Source: Eledone cirrhosa
Lineage: Eukaryota
DNA length: 64,000 nucleotides
Assembly (NCBI GenBank): GCA_964016885.1
Contig: OZ024741.1
Coordinates: forward strand, 15,314,001 to 15,378,000
Direction of reading: 5' to 3'
Shown: positions 1-13,241 of the stretch, piece after piece
Numbering within the stretch: position 1 is the first letter of the stretch
Layout: each line of letters starts with the position of its first letter
Notes under the pieces: model-generated
Seen by the model: the letters and a program-made list of their open reading frames with translations, nothing else
Databases searched by the model: none
What the model was told of the DNA's origin: nothing
Made by a program: the position numbers and the translations under genes

Positions 1-59
<59 letters not shown>

Positions 60-159
60 GCGATGAAATACCCATGATCGTTTGGTAAATCACTGATGAG
101 GGACTCATTTTATAACATGTTATCCATGTGCAACCAGCAGTATTCTTCTCACCCATATT

Positions 160-224
<65 letters not shown>

Positions 225-376
225 ATGTTTCCTTTAAGTAGTGTGTATAGCGTATAATGTAGAGAATGATTAGTTTTACAACAGCTAAGACAATGCGAAA
301 TGGACTAAAATGTATTTCAAATGAAGACCACCAAGTAGATTGTGTTACCTGCTGTCTATTATTAATATGAATGTCT

Positions 377-585
377 TGGCAGTAATCGGTAGAGCGTCGG
401 ATGCCATGCTTTGTGGCATAAAGTTACGGCCCTTTACGTTCTAAGTTCAAATCCCGCCGAAGTTAGCTTTGCCTTTCATCCTTTCGGGGTGGATAAATAA
501 AGTACCAGTAATGCACTGGGGCCGATTTAATCGACTTTCCCCACGGCCCAAATTACTGGCCTTGTGCCTGTACTAGAAATCATTA
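377..585 (+). mobile_element. tRNA-derived SINE with Nin/Deu-like central domain
   Basis: A-box-like TGGCAGTAATCGGTAGAGCG, B-box GTTCAAATCC, central GCCTTTCATCCTTTCGGGGTGGATAAA..AGTACCAG, tail GGCCTTGTGCC; many copies in the window. Confidence 0.85.
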
Positions 586-596
586 TTACGAATGGT

Positions 597-812
597 TTGG
601 CAGTAATCGGTAGAGCGTCAGATACCCTGCTTTGTGGTATAAAGTTACGGTCCTTTACATTCCGAGTTCAAATCCCACCGAGGTTAGCTTTCCCTTTCAT
701 CCTTTCGAGATGGATAAAATTAAGTACCAGTAATGCAATGGGATCGATTTAATAGACTTTTACCTCACCTAAAATTGTTGGCCTTCTGCTTAGTTGAGAA
801 ATTATTATTATT
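597..812 (+). mobile_element. Second tandem copy of the same SINE
   Basis: Same head, core and tail; ends in (TTA)n. Confidence 0.85.
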
Positions 813-930
813 ATCCGTCCTAATATTTCGACGGGTCAAATACAATACTAAATATAAGGTAACACACAAACTTCGTTGTCTTCATTTAAACTACACACAC
901 GTCCCCTCAATCTATCTTATTTCACATACT

Positions 931-967
931 TTCTTCTGATGAAGGACTAGCGACCGAAACGTTAAGA
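931..967 (+). ncRNA. Minimal type I hammerhead ribozyme
   Basis: TCTT-CTGATGA-A-GG(actagcga)CC-GAAACGTT-AAGA; core boxes present, palindromic AACGTT in place of stem III, stem I TCTT/AAGA; stem II weak. Confidence 0.6.
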
Positions 968-1080
968 CTCTCTTCCTGTTATATCAAACGTTAACCTAAT
1001 ATATCCCTTCCATATACTGTACCGATTGTGTTGTTATTTCTGTTTACCTTTTATATATATATATATATAATAGTAATATT

Positions 1081-1270
1081 AATTGTTTCTACTTTTGGCA
1101 CAAGGCCATACTTAACCAGTGCATTACTGGTACTTACTTTTATAGACCCCGTAAAGATGAAAGGCGAAGTTAACCTTGGCGAGATTTGAATTTAGAATGG
1201 AAATGGCCGTAACTCTATGCTGCAAAGCGTGGCGTCAGACCCTCTACAGATACTGCCAATCTACCACCCT
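1081..1270 (-). mobile_element. SINE (same family) whose 5' head seeds the adjacent minisatellite
   Basis: Reverse complement of tail GGCACAAGGCC, core CTGGTAC..GATGAAAGGC, B-box GATTTGAA. Confidence 0.85.
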
Positions 1271-2431
1271 AGCATGGCGTCCGACCCTCTACCTATACTG
1301 CCAATCTACCACCCTAACATGGCGTCAGACCCTCTACCTATACTGCCAATCCACCACTCTAACATGGCGTCCGACCCTCTACCTATACTACCAATCCACC
1401 ACCCTAACATGGCGTCCGACCCTCTACCTATACTACCAATCCACTACCCTAACATGGCGTCCGACCCTCTACCGATACTGCCAATCTACCACCCTAACAT
1501 GGCGTCCGACCCTCTACCTATACTACCAATCCACCACCCTAACATGGCGTCAGACCCTCTACCGATACTGCCAATCCACCACCCTAACATGGCGTCAGAC
1601 CCTCTACCGATACTGTCAATCTACCATCCTAACATGGCGTCTGACCCTCTACCGATACTGCCAATCCACCACCCTAGCATGGCGTCAGACCCTCTACCGA
1701 TACTGCCAATCTACCACCCTAACATGACGTCAGACCCTCTACTGATACTACCAATCTACCATCCTAACATGGCGTCTGACCCTCTACCGATACTGCCAAT
1801 CCACCACCCTAACATGACGTCAGACCCTCTACTGATACTACCAATCTACCATCCTAACATGACGTCCGACCCTCTACCGATACTGCCAATCCACCACCCT
1901 AACATGACGTCAGACCCTCTGCCGATACTGCCAATCTACCACCCTAACATGGCGTCCGACCCTCTACCGATACTGCCAATCCACCACCCTAACATCGCGT
2001 CCGACCCTCTACCGATACTGCCAATCCACCACCCTAACATGACGTCAGACCCTCTACCGATACTGCAAATCTACCACCCTAGCATGGCGTCCGACCCTCT
2101 ACCGATACTGCCAATCTACCACCCCAACATGACGTCAGACCCTCTACTGATACTACCAATCTACCACCCTAGCATGGCGTCAGACCCTCCACCGATACTA
2201 CCAATCTACCACCATAGCATGGCGTCAGACCCTCCACCGATACTACCAATCCACCACCCTAGCATGGCGTCCGACCCTCTACCAATACTACCAATCCACC
2301 ACCCTATCATGGCGTCCGACCCTCTACCGATACTACCAATCCACCACCCTAACATGGCGTCCGACCCTCTACCGATACTGCCAATCCACCACCCTAGCAT
2401 GGCGTCCGACCCTCTACCGATACTGCCAATC
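1228..2431. repeat. 45-bp minisatellite (about 27 copies) derived from the SINE head
   Basis: Unit CATGGCGTCCGACCCTCTACCGATACTGCCAATCCACCACCCTAA; 15-aa periodicity in ORF 1217..2455; matches the SINE 5' end at 33640-33680. Confidence 0.95.
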
Positions 2432-2654
2432 AACCGTAAAATAACCAAAAAATAATTCCATTAAAATAGAGTCAATGACCGCAGGAGGTGGTAAATATAT
2501 ATTACATTTTTATTGTAATAAACATGTGACTTATAAGCTATTAATTCGTACGTATTTCGACACATGTTAATTTGTCGGTAGACAAACATTACGTCAAGAG
2601 AAAGTTTCCTTTCGGATTGAAGAGTGTAGAAAGAAACTCAATAATTATTATAGT

Positions 2655-2985
2655 GAATTGGCAGTATCGGTAGAGGGTCGGACGCCATGCTTTGTAGCAA
2701 AGAGTTACGGCCCTTTATGGTCTGAGTTCAAATCCCGACGAGGTTAACTTTGCCTTTCATCCTTACGTGGTCGATAAAATAAAGTACCAGTAATGCACTG
2801 GGTATTTGCTGGCCTTGTGCCTAAAGTAGAAACAATTATTATAGTTACGTCCCTTTACGTTCTGAGTTCAAATTCCGTCGAGGTCACCTTTTTACGGGAT
2901 CAATAAAATAAAGTACCAGTAATGAACTGGAGTGGAAATAATCGATTTGCGCCTACCTCAGAATTATTGGCTTCGTGCCTAAAAC
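2655..2985 (+). mobile_element. One full and one 5'-truncated SINE copy
   Basis: Head, core and tail motifs; first copy bracketed by AATTATTATAGT direct repeat (2643-2654 / 2834-2845). Confidence 0.8.
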
Positions 2986-3213
2986 ATTAATTTTGGACTT
3001 AAGGACTTAAACCGTTTTTTTTTTCCATATGAATTTTCAGTGTACATATATTTATATACATGTGTATTTATATATATATATATATATTTATATGCATGTG
3101 TATTTATATATTTATGTGTATATACGTGTGTGTGGTTGTGCGTATGCGCAGATAAATAGATGTATGAATATATATATGTATACATAAACATTTATAATAT
3201 ATACAAAAATATG

Positions 3214-3262
<49 letters not shown>

Positions 3263-3461
3263 TATGTACACGTACATACATATATGTATACAGACGTACA
3301 GTAGTATGTATATATATATACAAACACACATATATATATGTACGTATGGATTCACCGAACATTTATTATAATGCTCGGTGTGTTTGTAAACAAGCATCAC
3401 AAATTAAGCCGTACAGTATCTAGCAACCATCGTTGCTCATTTGTTCAACGCTGACAAAGGA

Positions 3462-3504
3462 ACGCTGTACTAGTTTCAAGCTTATTAGCTATCGTCAGCA
3501 ACGT
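3462..3504 (-). ncRNA. Minimal hammerhead ribozyme (left arm)
   Basis: Reverse complement of 3667-3709. Confidence 0.7.
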
Positions 3505-3666
3505 ATACCTTCCTACCAGATGGTTGAACGTCTGAAAGTATATACTTTCCTAATGCATATTAACGGCTGATTAACTCGCTCGATATGCAAATTAGGCTGC
3601 TCAGCCGTTAATATGCATAAGGAAAGTATATATTTTCAGACGTTCAACCATCTGGTAGGAAGCTAT

Positions 3667-3709
3667 ACGTTGCTGACGATAGCTAATAAGCTTGAAACTA
3701 GTACAGCGT
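3667..3709 (+). ncRNA. Minimal hammerhead ribozyme (right arm)
   Basis: ACGTTG-CTGACGA-T-AGC(taataa)GCT-T-GAAAC-TA-GTA|CAGCGT; palindromic ACTAGT stem III, GUA triplet. Confidence 0.7.
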
Positions 3710-4161
3710 TCCTTTGTCAGTGTTGAACAAATGAGCAACGATGGTTGCTAGAACACTGTACGGCTTTATTCGGGATGCTTGTTTACAAACACACCGAGCA
3801 TTATAATAAATGTTCGGTGAATCCATACGTACATATATATATATATATGTGCATGTATCTATATATATATATACATACTACTGTACGTCTGTATACATAT
3901 ATGTATGTACGTGTACATACTTATATTTAAGTAACAGCCGTACTAAGAGTGAGAAATGAAATTTCGTTTAATTTTTTCCGTTTATATATATATATACATA
4001 CATGCATATATTATATATATATAAAATATTTACTTACATCTATATGGATATATATATACATATAAATTAATAATATATACATACTAATAATATATATACA
4101 TATAATATATATATACACATATTATATATATACACACATAATATATATATACATATGTATA

Positions 4162-4243
<82 letters not shown>

Positions 4244-5177
4244 GGGGAGGGGGAGAGAGAAAGAGAGAAAAGAAGAAATAGACAGACAGAGCGACAAATG
4301 GAAAGATACATAGATAAAACCAACAAAAATAACATTGAAAATACACTCTCTACATGTGATATATATACAATACATGTGATATATATAGAATACTTGTTAT
4401 ATATACATGAGATATATATACGATACATATGTTATATATAAAATACAGGCCATGTTTCACTAATAGCACCACCTGGTGGAGTCTTTCAAATCAGGATTTG
4501 GACACCATGGCCCACTCAAGTAGAGAGTTATTGTTTATGGGGACATATCCAGATGTAGGAAATTTCCAAAGACTTCTTGAACTTTATGGGGTCTGTTTCT
4601 GTTTTAATGTGTGTTGGTGTAATGTTAAAGAAAGGGAGTCAATTGAGGTAAAATAATTGTGCCGCCGTATTGTTGTTATGGGATGCAAGTTGATTTTTGT
4701 TGTGTGCGGATAGCACGGGGCCCGAGCCTTGGGTGTACCTTAAAGGTGATACCAACATCATTTAGGCAATGCTGATGGAATATTTTCCACATCATGTGGG
4801 TAATGTAGCGACCCCAATACTCAAGGCCTGTCACACCGTCTATTTTTTATTTATTTTTTATTTTTGTGATTGACGTTGAGGTGCTTCAAAGTTCATAATA
4901 CATTGCTTCGTGTGGGAAGACCACAGTGGACAACAGTTTCAACAAGGTAGATAATCGTGTCGATATCTCTCGACTGAAAAGTTCTGGGAATTTAGGAAGG
5001 CATTTTACGGGCCATGTCAACTCTGCTGTTTATCACACTACGTGTGGTATATATACACTATAAGTGATACAAGTAATAACTACCCTAGCTGAATTGCAGG
5101 AGGAAAGGTGGACGAAGTAGAAGATTTTGGAACGTAAAAATATAAATATACACACATATACACCTTCCATATATGTG

Positions 5178-5207
<30 letters not shown>

Positions 5208-5209
<2 letters not shown>

Positions 5210-5345
5210 ACAAAGGAATTGTGGTTAGGAACCAATTGGACCATAACGCACCAGAGTACTCAATACTTAGGGTAGTAGAGTGGGAAATAGGAAAAAGTAT
5301 GACCCCGACGGCAGAGCTCAAGCCGTTTCGACGGCTATTTCTCAT
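5208..5345 (-). mobile_element. Short (TA)n-embedded repeat with the 3' half of an HHR (family A)
   Basis: Minus strand GTC-GAAAC-GGC(ttgagctct)GCC-GTC|GGGGTC; related copies at 8495-8790, 10365-10500, 10915-11010, 17608-17670. Confidence 0.7.
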
Positions 5346-5346
5346 A

Positions 5347-5379
<33 letters not shown>

Positions 5380-5380
5380 A

Positions 5381-5504
5381 TTTAATATAGAAAAGGCTTC
5401 TACAGGACTAGAACTGTTTCATTCGGGAGAAATCATCAGGGCTTCCTGATGATTTTTCCCGAATGAAACAGTTCTAGTCCTGTAGAAGCCTTTTCTATAT
5501 TAAA
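5381..5504. repeat. Near-perfect palindrome with an HHR core in each arm, stem I 5' strand lost
   Basis: Arms 5381-5439 / 5445-5504; CTGATGA-T-TTY(tccc)GAA-T-GAAAC-A-GTT; relative at 62517-62575. Confidence 0.75.
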
Positions 5505-5563
5505 TATTTATACTCTGCTTTGTATTGAGTAATTTACTTAATGTGGTTACCCCCGATTGAACC

Positions 5564-5612
<49 letters not shown>

Positions 5613-5814
5613 TGTATAGTTGTATGGTTGCACGAAAAATGCGTCCGTAGGAGGTATGCCGGTTGAGCACTCGATGCTCGCGTAGCGTGGAGTATAATAC
5701 TATAAAGATAAGGAACAAGGATTCAGTGTTGCATCATAGCGTATTTAATAACATATTACATATGTTTCACTATCGATCAGCTCGAGGCAAGACCTATTAT
5801 AGATCATATACACA

Positions 5815-5861
<47 letters not shown>

Positions 5862-6023
5862 ACACAAATATATATATATACTCACACATATACACACATA
5901 TCTATATCAATATATATGTGTCCCGGGTTCAATCTGGGTTCAAGCTTTCATGGTGATTTGTTTTAAATGGAGCAATTCTCGTCCTGTAGAAGCCATTTCC
6001 ACATTAAACATGATATATATATG

Positions 6024-6060
<37 letters not shown>

Positions 6061-6211
6061 ATATATATACATATATATATGTGTATGTATGTGTGTGTGT
6101 ATTTGTATCTATATGTATCTATGTGTGTATATATATGTATATATACCTCCATATACATATATATACAACACACACATACTCACACACATATGTATATATA
6201 TATATAATACA

Positions 6212-6260
<49 letters not shown>

Positions 6261-6895
6261 CATATACCCGCATATTCACACATTCATATGCAAACATATA
6301 CACAAATATACACATACATATACACATATATCCACACATACATATACACATATATCCACATATACATATACTTATATCCACATATACATATACACATATA
6401 TCCACATATACATATACACTTATATCCACACATACATATACACATATATCCACATATACATGCATATCTATAGTCTTATAATCACACACAAACACGTACA
6501 GGCAAGTAAAACCATAAAATAAAAGAATAACTGGAAAGTGTAGGGGTAGGTATCAAAATTCCAAAAGTTGTTACATTTTGCCAGCCATTATTTACCGAAG
6601 AATGTCAATGGAATTATAATGGTGTGGAGAAAGTATTTGTGAAATACAATAGCAGTCGCTATTAGTGACGTAAACGAACATTAGACAGTCTCTGAAAAAG
6701 CTATTTTCTTCTAAAAATATCATTACGTGAACGAAATGCGTTTTGTATACACATTTATTAGGGACACCGGAGGAAGGGGGGGGGGATTGAGTGAGGCACA
6801 GGAGGAATGAGGAGAGAGGATGAAGAGGAGGAGCAGAGATTGAGGCACCTATGGTTTATAAGATAAATACTATTAATAAACACACACACACACAC

Positions 6896-6949
<54 letters not shown>

Positions 6950-7023
6950 TATATATATATAAAGAGGGAGAGAGAGAGAGAAAGAGATGTAAACATATAT
7001 GTATATAATCTACATATTTCATA

Positions 7024-7056
<33 letters not shown>

Positions 7057-7132
7057 GGGCTGCGGGAGGGGGAGAGATGTAATCATATATGTATATAATC
7101 TATATATTTCATATTTATATATAATTCACACA

Positions 7133-7182
<50 letters not shown>

Positions 7183-7277
7183 CGTGTTTATGTGAGAAAG
7201 ATAGCGGGAGAGAGGGAGAGAGAGAGAGTATGTATATATAATTCACACACACACACACACACGCATGCGTATATATG

Positions 7278-7321
<44 letters not shown>

Positions 7322-7703
7322 GGAAAACTCTGATATAACACCTGCAAGCCTGATGGTATCCAATGATGTTGACTTGTTCTTCTTTTTGGTAAATATCATC
7401 TTGGTTAAGAGAGTGGGACTGGCTTTGTGCAGTGCCTTTGCTCACTATAAAAGCTTCACGGCACAGGCATTGCTTTATATCTGGAGATCTCTCTGCACTT
7501 GTCGTCACATGGTACCAAGGGCCCAGCACTATGTGTCAATAATTGTCACAAGTGTAGTGTTTGTACCAGAGTTTTCAAGTCGCTGGCTGGACAAAAAAGT
7601 CACACTTGTTTAGCGCATCGGTAGGGGTTCTCCTACATGGATATAAAGTAGTGGCCGTACTCGAAAACGAGTTGGCAGCCACCATATATATATATAAATA
7701 TAA

Positions 7704-8495
7704 GCCGAAACATCTATCATCTGCAGCTAACAGCTGATGAAGGATTTCTGCTCTTGTTTACGTCCATATTACCATCTTAATCTTTGTTTACAGTAACCAC
7801 ACAGCCTGCTTTGTTTCTTGTAATTTTGTATTTACCGCTGTGACCCCCCCCCCCCCCCCCCCCCCCCGACTCTACCTGTTTTGCTCGATTTGTTGTCCCA
7901 CCACGCTTTCATATCGACTCTGTCCTTCTCTCTATTCCTTTTCTCCCTCTCTTTCTCTCCCTCTCATTCTCTCTCTCTCTCTCTATATATATCCATCTGC
8001 TCGTTTTCGGCCTGGTATTTCACTGTCGTAAACCCCTTTTTGATTATCTCCCTTTCCCTTCTCCCTCTCACTTCCGGTTTCTCCGTCTCTCTCTCTCTCT
8101 CTCTCTCTCCACTCACTTTGCTGAGATCGCACGGAAACACCTCGCTCCGCGGTTATATTGACCACAGGACTTGACTTAAGTCTAATCGGTTCGTTGTAAC
8201 TATTTCTATTTTCTCCTCAGTTACTCACTTACATGTGCCATTGTCCCCCCCCCCCTCCATTCGGTTAGTTTACTTCGTTTTTTCATCTTTCCTTTTTTCT
8301 ATTTCTTCCTCTGTCTTCACTATCTTATCTTTTCTTTCCCTCAGAGCCTTTTGATTGATAAAAGGCCTTGGACGCACTGCTGATCGATTTTAATGTCCTG
8401 TTTTAAGGGCCGAAACATCTATGATCTGCAGTTAACAGCTGATGAAGGGTTTCTTCTCTTGTTTCGTCCATATTACCATCTTAAACTTTGTTTTT
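7704..8495 (+). mobile_element. Partial tandem element of about 705 bp with about 90-bp terminal direct repeats
   Basis: GCCGAAACATCTAT..AACAGCTGATGAAGG..CGTCCATATTACCATCTTAA at about 7704-7790 and 8409-8495. Confidence 0.6.
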
Positions 8496-8787
8496 CTATT
8501 ACCCACTCTACTACCCTAAGTATTGAGTACTCTGGTGCGTTATGGTCCACCTGGTTTCTTCCCACACCTCGTTCGTTATATATATATATATATAGGAACA
8601 AGTAAGACCCCGACGGCTGAGCTCAAGCCGTTTCGACGGCTAATTCTTGAGTCCAGAATTAGTCGTCGAAACGGCTTGAGCTCAGCCGTCGGGGTCTTAC
8701 TTGTTCCTATTACCCACTGTACTATCCTAAGTATTGAGTACTTTGGTGCGTTATGGTCCACCTGGTTCCTTACCACATTTCCTTCGT

Positions 8788-8790
<3 letters not shown>
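8495..8790. mobile_element. Family A copies including a palindrome of two HHR 3' halves
   Basis: 8586-8647 and 8656-8715 inverted; GAAAC-GGCT(tgagctc)AGCC-GTC. Confidence 0.75.
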
Positions 8791-8820
<30 letters not shown>

Positions 8821-8892
8821 CTGTCTGTATACAGTCACTCGACATACCACGGTAAATAACTTGTGGTGCCTATTTTATATATATTATATTAC

Positions 8893-9012
8893 GATCTGAG
8901 TGCAAATCCCGCCGAGGTTAACTTTGCCTTTCATCCTTACCAGGTCGATAATATAAAGTACCAGTAATGTACTGGGTAATTGCTGGCCTTGTGCCAAAAG
9001 TAGAAACAATTA
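8893..9012 (+). mobile_element. 5'-truncated SINE
   Basis: B-box, core and tail motifs. Confidence 0.75.
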
Positions 9013-9914
9013 TATATTTATATTTGTTAGTCTCAGGCCATTCCTGGTTCAACAGACGTTTGACCAATGACGTTCCTCTCGTGACCATCCTCTGATAAAT
9101 TCGGGGATGAACAAGAATCAATTTCTACAGAGAATATTATTTGGGATTTAGGGTACTATGAATACATGATAATATTATTAATGTCAATAATAGGTTCGAT
9201 ATATTCAACTATCCCCTAATCCCCAAATTGCTGAGCTTATTATATTAGGGTCAGTTCACGCTTGAGCGATGTTGCTAACATTTAAACCAGTCCAACCAGT
9301 CTCCTGGTCAAGTCGTCGGTGACTAAACCAGCAACCCCACCAAGATTGTTTGGTGTAGGAGGTGATTTTTACACAGACTGTAGGATAAGAAACAAACCTG
9401 TCAAAGGGCGGAGGAATTGAAGAGAGTGAACGGACATTCAATACAGGTAGGCAGTGCTCATTAGCTATTGTTGGCAGTATCTCAAGGAGAAGGATCATTC
9501 TGATTTCAAAACCGGAATGGATGGGAATAGATGTTTCCTTATGCATTCTCAAACGGTTCGACCAAATCAAATTTCACAATTTAGACCCCGGATTAAAAAC
9601 ATGTAATATTTATTTTCATTTGGATTAAAACAATATAACATGTTATCTAATATATTCTACTATAGACTATAAGTAAACAAGATGTTATAACACGACGACG
9701 ATAACGTCATATTTTGTATATGGGTGTGTATGTGTCTGTGAATGTGTGTGTGTGTGTTTGCGCGTTCGTTACATACGTTAGGCCTTAGTAAGTTACATAC
9801 ACACATCTTTACGTAAATATTTAATCAGATACACAGAGAATTAAACACACACACATCTACACATACATATACATATGTAATGACTGACAAGTATATGTGT
9901 GTGAGTGTATGTGA

Positions 9915-10291
9915 GGTTGAATTTAAGAAGCTTCAGTTACCAGTCAAACTAAGTTTTGTTATTTCAATTAACAAATCTCAGGGCCAATCCCTCAAGGTAG
10001 TTGGACTTGATCTCTCTACTACATTTTTCCCCCACGGTCAACTCTATGTTAGTTACTCATGAGTCGGAAGCAGCAGCAATTTATTCATTTGGACACCAAC
10101 GAAAAATTACACAATGAATATTGTTTACCCTGAGTTGCTTCAAGACTGATAGATTTTCATTTCTAAATTCTTAATAAAATATAGATATTTTGAAATAATT
10201 ATAAGAAAAAAAATATATATCTTCATATTTATTGTTTACTAATCTGAAAAAGAACAACAGTCACCCGATCAACGCCGGGTCATTCAGCTAG
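9915..10291 (+). mobile_element. Helitron 3' fragment (PIF1-like helicase C-terminus plus terminal hairpin and CTAG)
   Basis: FKKLQLPVKLSFVISINKSQGQSLKVVGLDL..HGQLYVSYS*VG matches PIF1 helicase motifs V-VI; ACCCG(atcaacgc)CGGGT hairpin 10263-10280, then CTAG 10288-10291 followed by T. Confidence 0.9.
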
Positions 10292-10305
10292 TATATATAT
10301 ATATT

Positions 10306-10351
<46 letters not shown>

Positions 10352-11018
10352 AAAAAAAGGTTCAGATAGCCATCGAAATAGCTTGAGCTCTGCCGTCGGG
10401 GTCCTGAATTTTTTCCTATTACCCACTCTACTACCCAAAGTATCGAGTACTCTGGTGCGTTATGGTCCACCTGGTTCCTTACCACACTTCTTTCGTTATT
10501 TATATATATATATATAAAGAGAGAGGGGGGGTGATGTGGCGTAACATAGAGGTTTGGCAAGCGTATCCCATTAAACTGGGTATCAAATAATCCGGATGAA
10601 ATCTGTTTTAAGACACTGTCAGCGTTCATTTCTGCCGCTGTTTGAGAAACAGTGTTATGTTGATATTTCAGTAACAGATATCTTTCAATCTCCTCAAAAG
10701 AACGTAATAATTTAAAGGAAAGCCTGTGATCCGATATGTAAACTTGAAATCGAAATATTTCTTTAAATGTGTGGCTAATACAATGGTGACATAAGTTTAC
10801 AGCAATACGATGTCAAAAAGCAACAAATTTCGTAAAATAGGTACATGTGTGTATAGTATATTCGAGGACATTTATGATGAAATAAGAATTGATATATACA
10901 TATATATATATATAACAAAGAAAGTGTGGTAAGAATCCAGGTGGACCATAACGCACCAGCGTACTCGATACTTAGGGTAGTAGAGTGGGTAATAGGAAAA
11001 GGGGTCGTGACTCTTTTC

Positions 11019-11083
<65 letters not shown>

Positions 11084-11154
11084 CGTGAGTGTCTTTCCGT
11101 GTCTATGATTAGGAAAATTAGAAGTTAAGGACTGAAACATTTGTTTGGGGGAGT

Positions 11155-13215
11155 GTTCTTCTGAAGACCTTCCTCTCTCCAGCCCTCCTGTGAGTTTCTT
11201 CTCTGAAGATCTTCTGCTGCCCAGCTCTCCTCAGAGTTTCTTGTCTGAAGACCTTCTGCTGTCCAGCTCTCCTGAGAGTTTCTTCTCTCAAGACCTTCTG
11301 CTGTCCAGCCCTCCTGTGAGTTTCTTCTCTGAAGACCTTCTGTTGTCCAGCTCTCCTCAGAGTTTCTTCTCTGAAGACCTACTGTTGTCCAGCTCTCATG
11401 AGAGTTTCCTCTCTGAAGACCTTCTGCTGTCTAACTCTCCTGAGAGTTTCTTCTCTCAAGACCTTCTACTGTCTAACTCTCCTGAGAGTTTCTTCTCTGA
11501 AGACCTTCTGCTGTCCACCTCTCCTGAGAGTTTCTTCTCTGAAGACCTTCTACTGTCTAACTCTCCTGAGAGTTTCTTCTCTGAAGACCTTCTGCTGTCC
11601 ACCTCTCCTGAGAGTTTCTTCTCTGAAGACCTTCTGCTGTCCAACTCTCCTGAGAGTTTCTTCTCTCAAGACCTTCTACTGTCTAACTCTCCTGAGAGTT
11701 TCTTCTCTGAAGACCTTCTGCTGTCCACCTCTCCTGAGAGTTTCTTCTCTGAAGACCTTCTACTGTCTAACTCTCCTGAGAGTTTCTTCTCTGAAGACCT
11801 TCTGCTGTCCACCTCTCCTGAGAGTTTCTTCTCTGAAGACCTTCTGCTGTCCAACTCTCCTGAGAGTTTCTTCTCTGAAGATCTTCTGCTGTCCAGCTCT
11901 CCTGACAGTTTCTTCTCTGAAGACCTTCTGCTGTCCAACTCTCCTGAGAGTTTCTTCTCTCAAGACCTTCTGCTGTCCAGCTCTCCTGAGAGTTTCTTCT
12001 CTCAAGACCTTCTGCTGTCCAGCTCTCCTGAGAGTTCTTCTCTCAAGACCTTCTACTGTCCAACTCTCCTGATAGTTTCTTCTCTGAAGACCTTCTACTG
12101 TCCAACTCTCCTGTGAGTTTCTTCTCTGAAGACCTTCTACTGTCCAGCTCTCCTGAGAGTTTCTTCTCTGAAGACCTTCTGCTGTCCAGCCCTCCTGTGA
12201 GTTTCTTCTCTCAAGACCTTCTGTTGTCCGGCTCTCCTCAAAGTTTCTTCTCTGAAGACCTTCTACTGTCCAACTCTCCTGAGAGTTTCTTCTCTGAAGA
12301 CCTTCTACTGTCCAACTCTCCTGATAGTTTCTTCTCTGAAGACCTTCTACTGTCCAACTCTCCTGTGAGTTTCTTCTCTGAAGACCATCTACTGTCCAGC
12401 TCTCCTGAGAGTTTCTTCTCTGAAGACCTTCTGCTGTCCAGCTCTCCTGACAGTTTCTTCTCTGAAGACCTTCTGCTGTCCAACTCTCCTGAGAGTTTCT
12501 TCTCTGAAGACCTTCTGCTGTCCAGCTCTCCTGACAGTTTCTTCTCTGAAGACCTTCTGCTGTCCAACTCTCCTGAGAGTTTCTTCTCTCAAGACCTTCT
12601 GCTGTCCAGCTCTCCTGACAGTTTCTTCTCTGAAGACCTTCTGCTGTCCAACTCTCCTGAGAGTTTCTTCTCTGAAGACCTTCTGCTGTCCAACTCTCCT
12701 GAGAGTTTCTTCTCTCAAGACCTTCTGCTGTCCAGATCTCCTGACACTTTCTTCTCTCAAGACCTTCTACTGTCCAGCCCTCCTGAGAGTTTCTTCTCTC
12801 AAGACCTTCTACTGTCCAACTCTCCTGAGAGTTTTTCTCTGAAGACCTTCTACTGTCCAACTCTCCTGACAGTTTCTTCTCTGAAGACCTTCTGCTGTCC
12901 AACTCTCCTGAGAGTTTCTTCTCTCAAGACCTTCTGCTGTCCAGCTCTCCTGAGAGTTTCTTCTCTCAAGAGCTTCTGCTGTCCATCTCTCCTGAGAGTT
13001 TCTTCTCTCAAGACCTTCTGCTGTCCAGCTCTCCTGAGAGTTTCTTCTCTCAAGACCTTCTGCTGTCCAACTCTCCTGAGAGTTTCTTCTCTGAAGACCT
13101 TCTACTGTCCAACTCTCCTGACAGTTTCTTCTCTGAAGACCTTCTGCTGTCCAACTCTCCTGAGAGTTTCTTCTCTGAAGACCTTCTACTGTCCAACTCT
13201 CCTGAGAGTTTCTTC
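11155..13215. repeat. 42-bp minisatellite (about 49 copies)
   Basis: Unit TCTGAAGACCTTCTGCTGTCCAACTCTCCTGAGAGTTTCTTC; 14-aa periodicity SEDLLLSNSPESFF. Confidence 0.95.
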
Positions 13216-13241
13216 CCACCACTTATACAGTCATGATGTTA

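Larger units (their letters stand above)
3258..3926. repeat. Long inverted repeat (about 320-bp arms, 30-bp spacer) with an HHR in each arm
   Basis: Arms 3258-3570 and 3601-3926 are reverse complements; ORFs 3104..3400(-) and 3745..3930(+) share the translation LVYKHTEHYNKCSVNPYVHIY. Confidence 0.92.

Noticed and set aside
88-135. CTGATGAGGGA..ATCC hammerhead-like start
   Set aside because: No GAAA box follows; at best a deleted remnant
1217-2455. 412-aa MASDPLPILPIHHPN-repeat ORF
   Set aside because: By-product of a SINE-derived 45-bp minisatellite
7320-7680. Possible degenerate mariner transposase N-terminus on the minus strand
   Set aside because: Resemblance too weak to support without a profile search
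10545-10775. About 75-codon open frame on the minus strand (..FKLLRSFEEIERYLLLKYQH..) as a host exon
   Set aside because: Weak splice signals and no recognisable protein family
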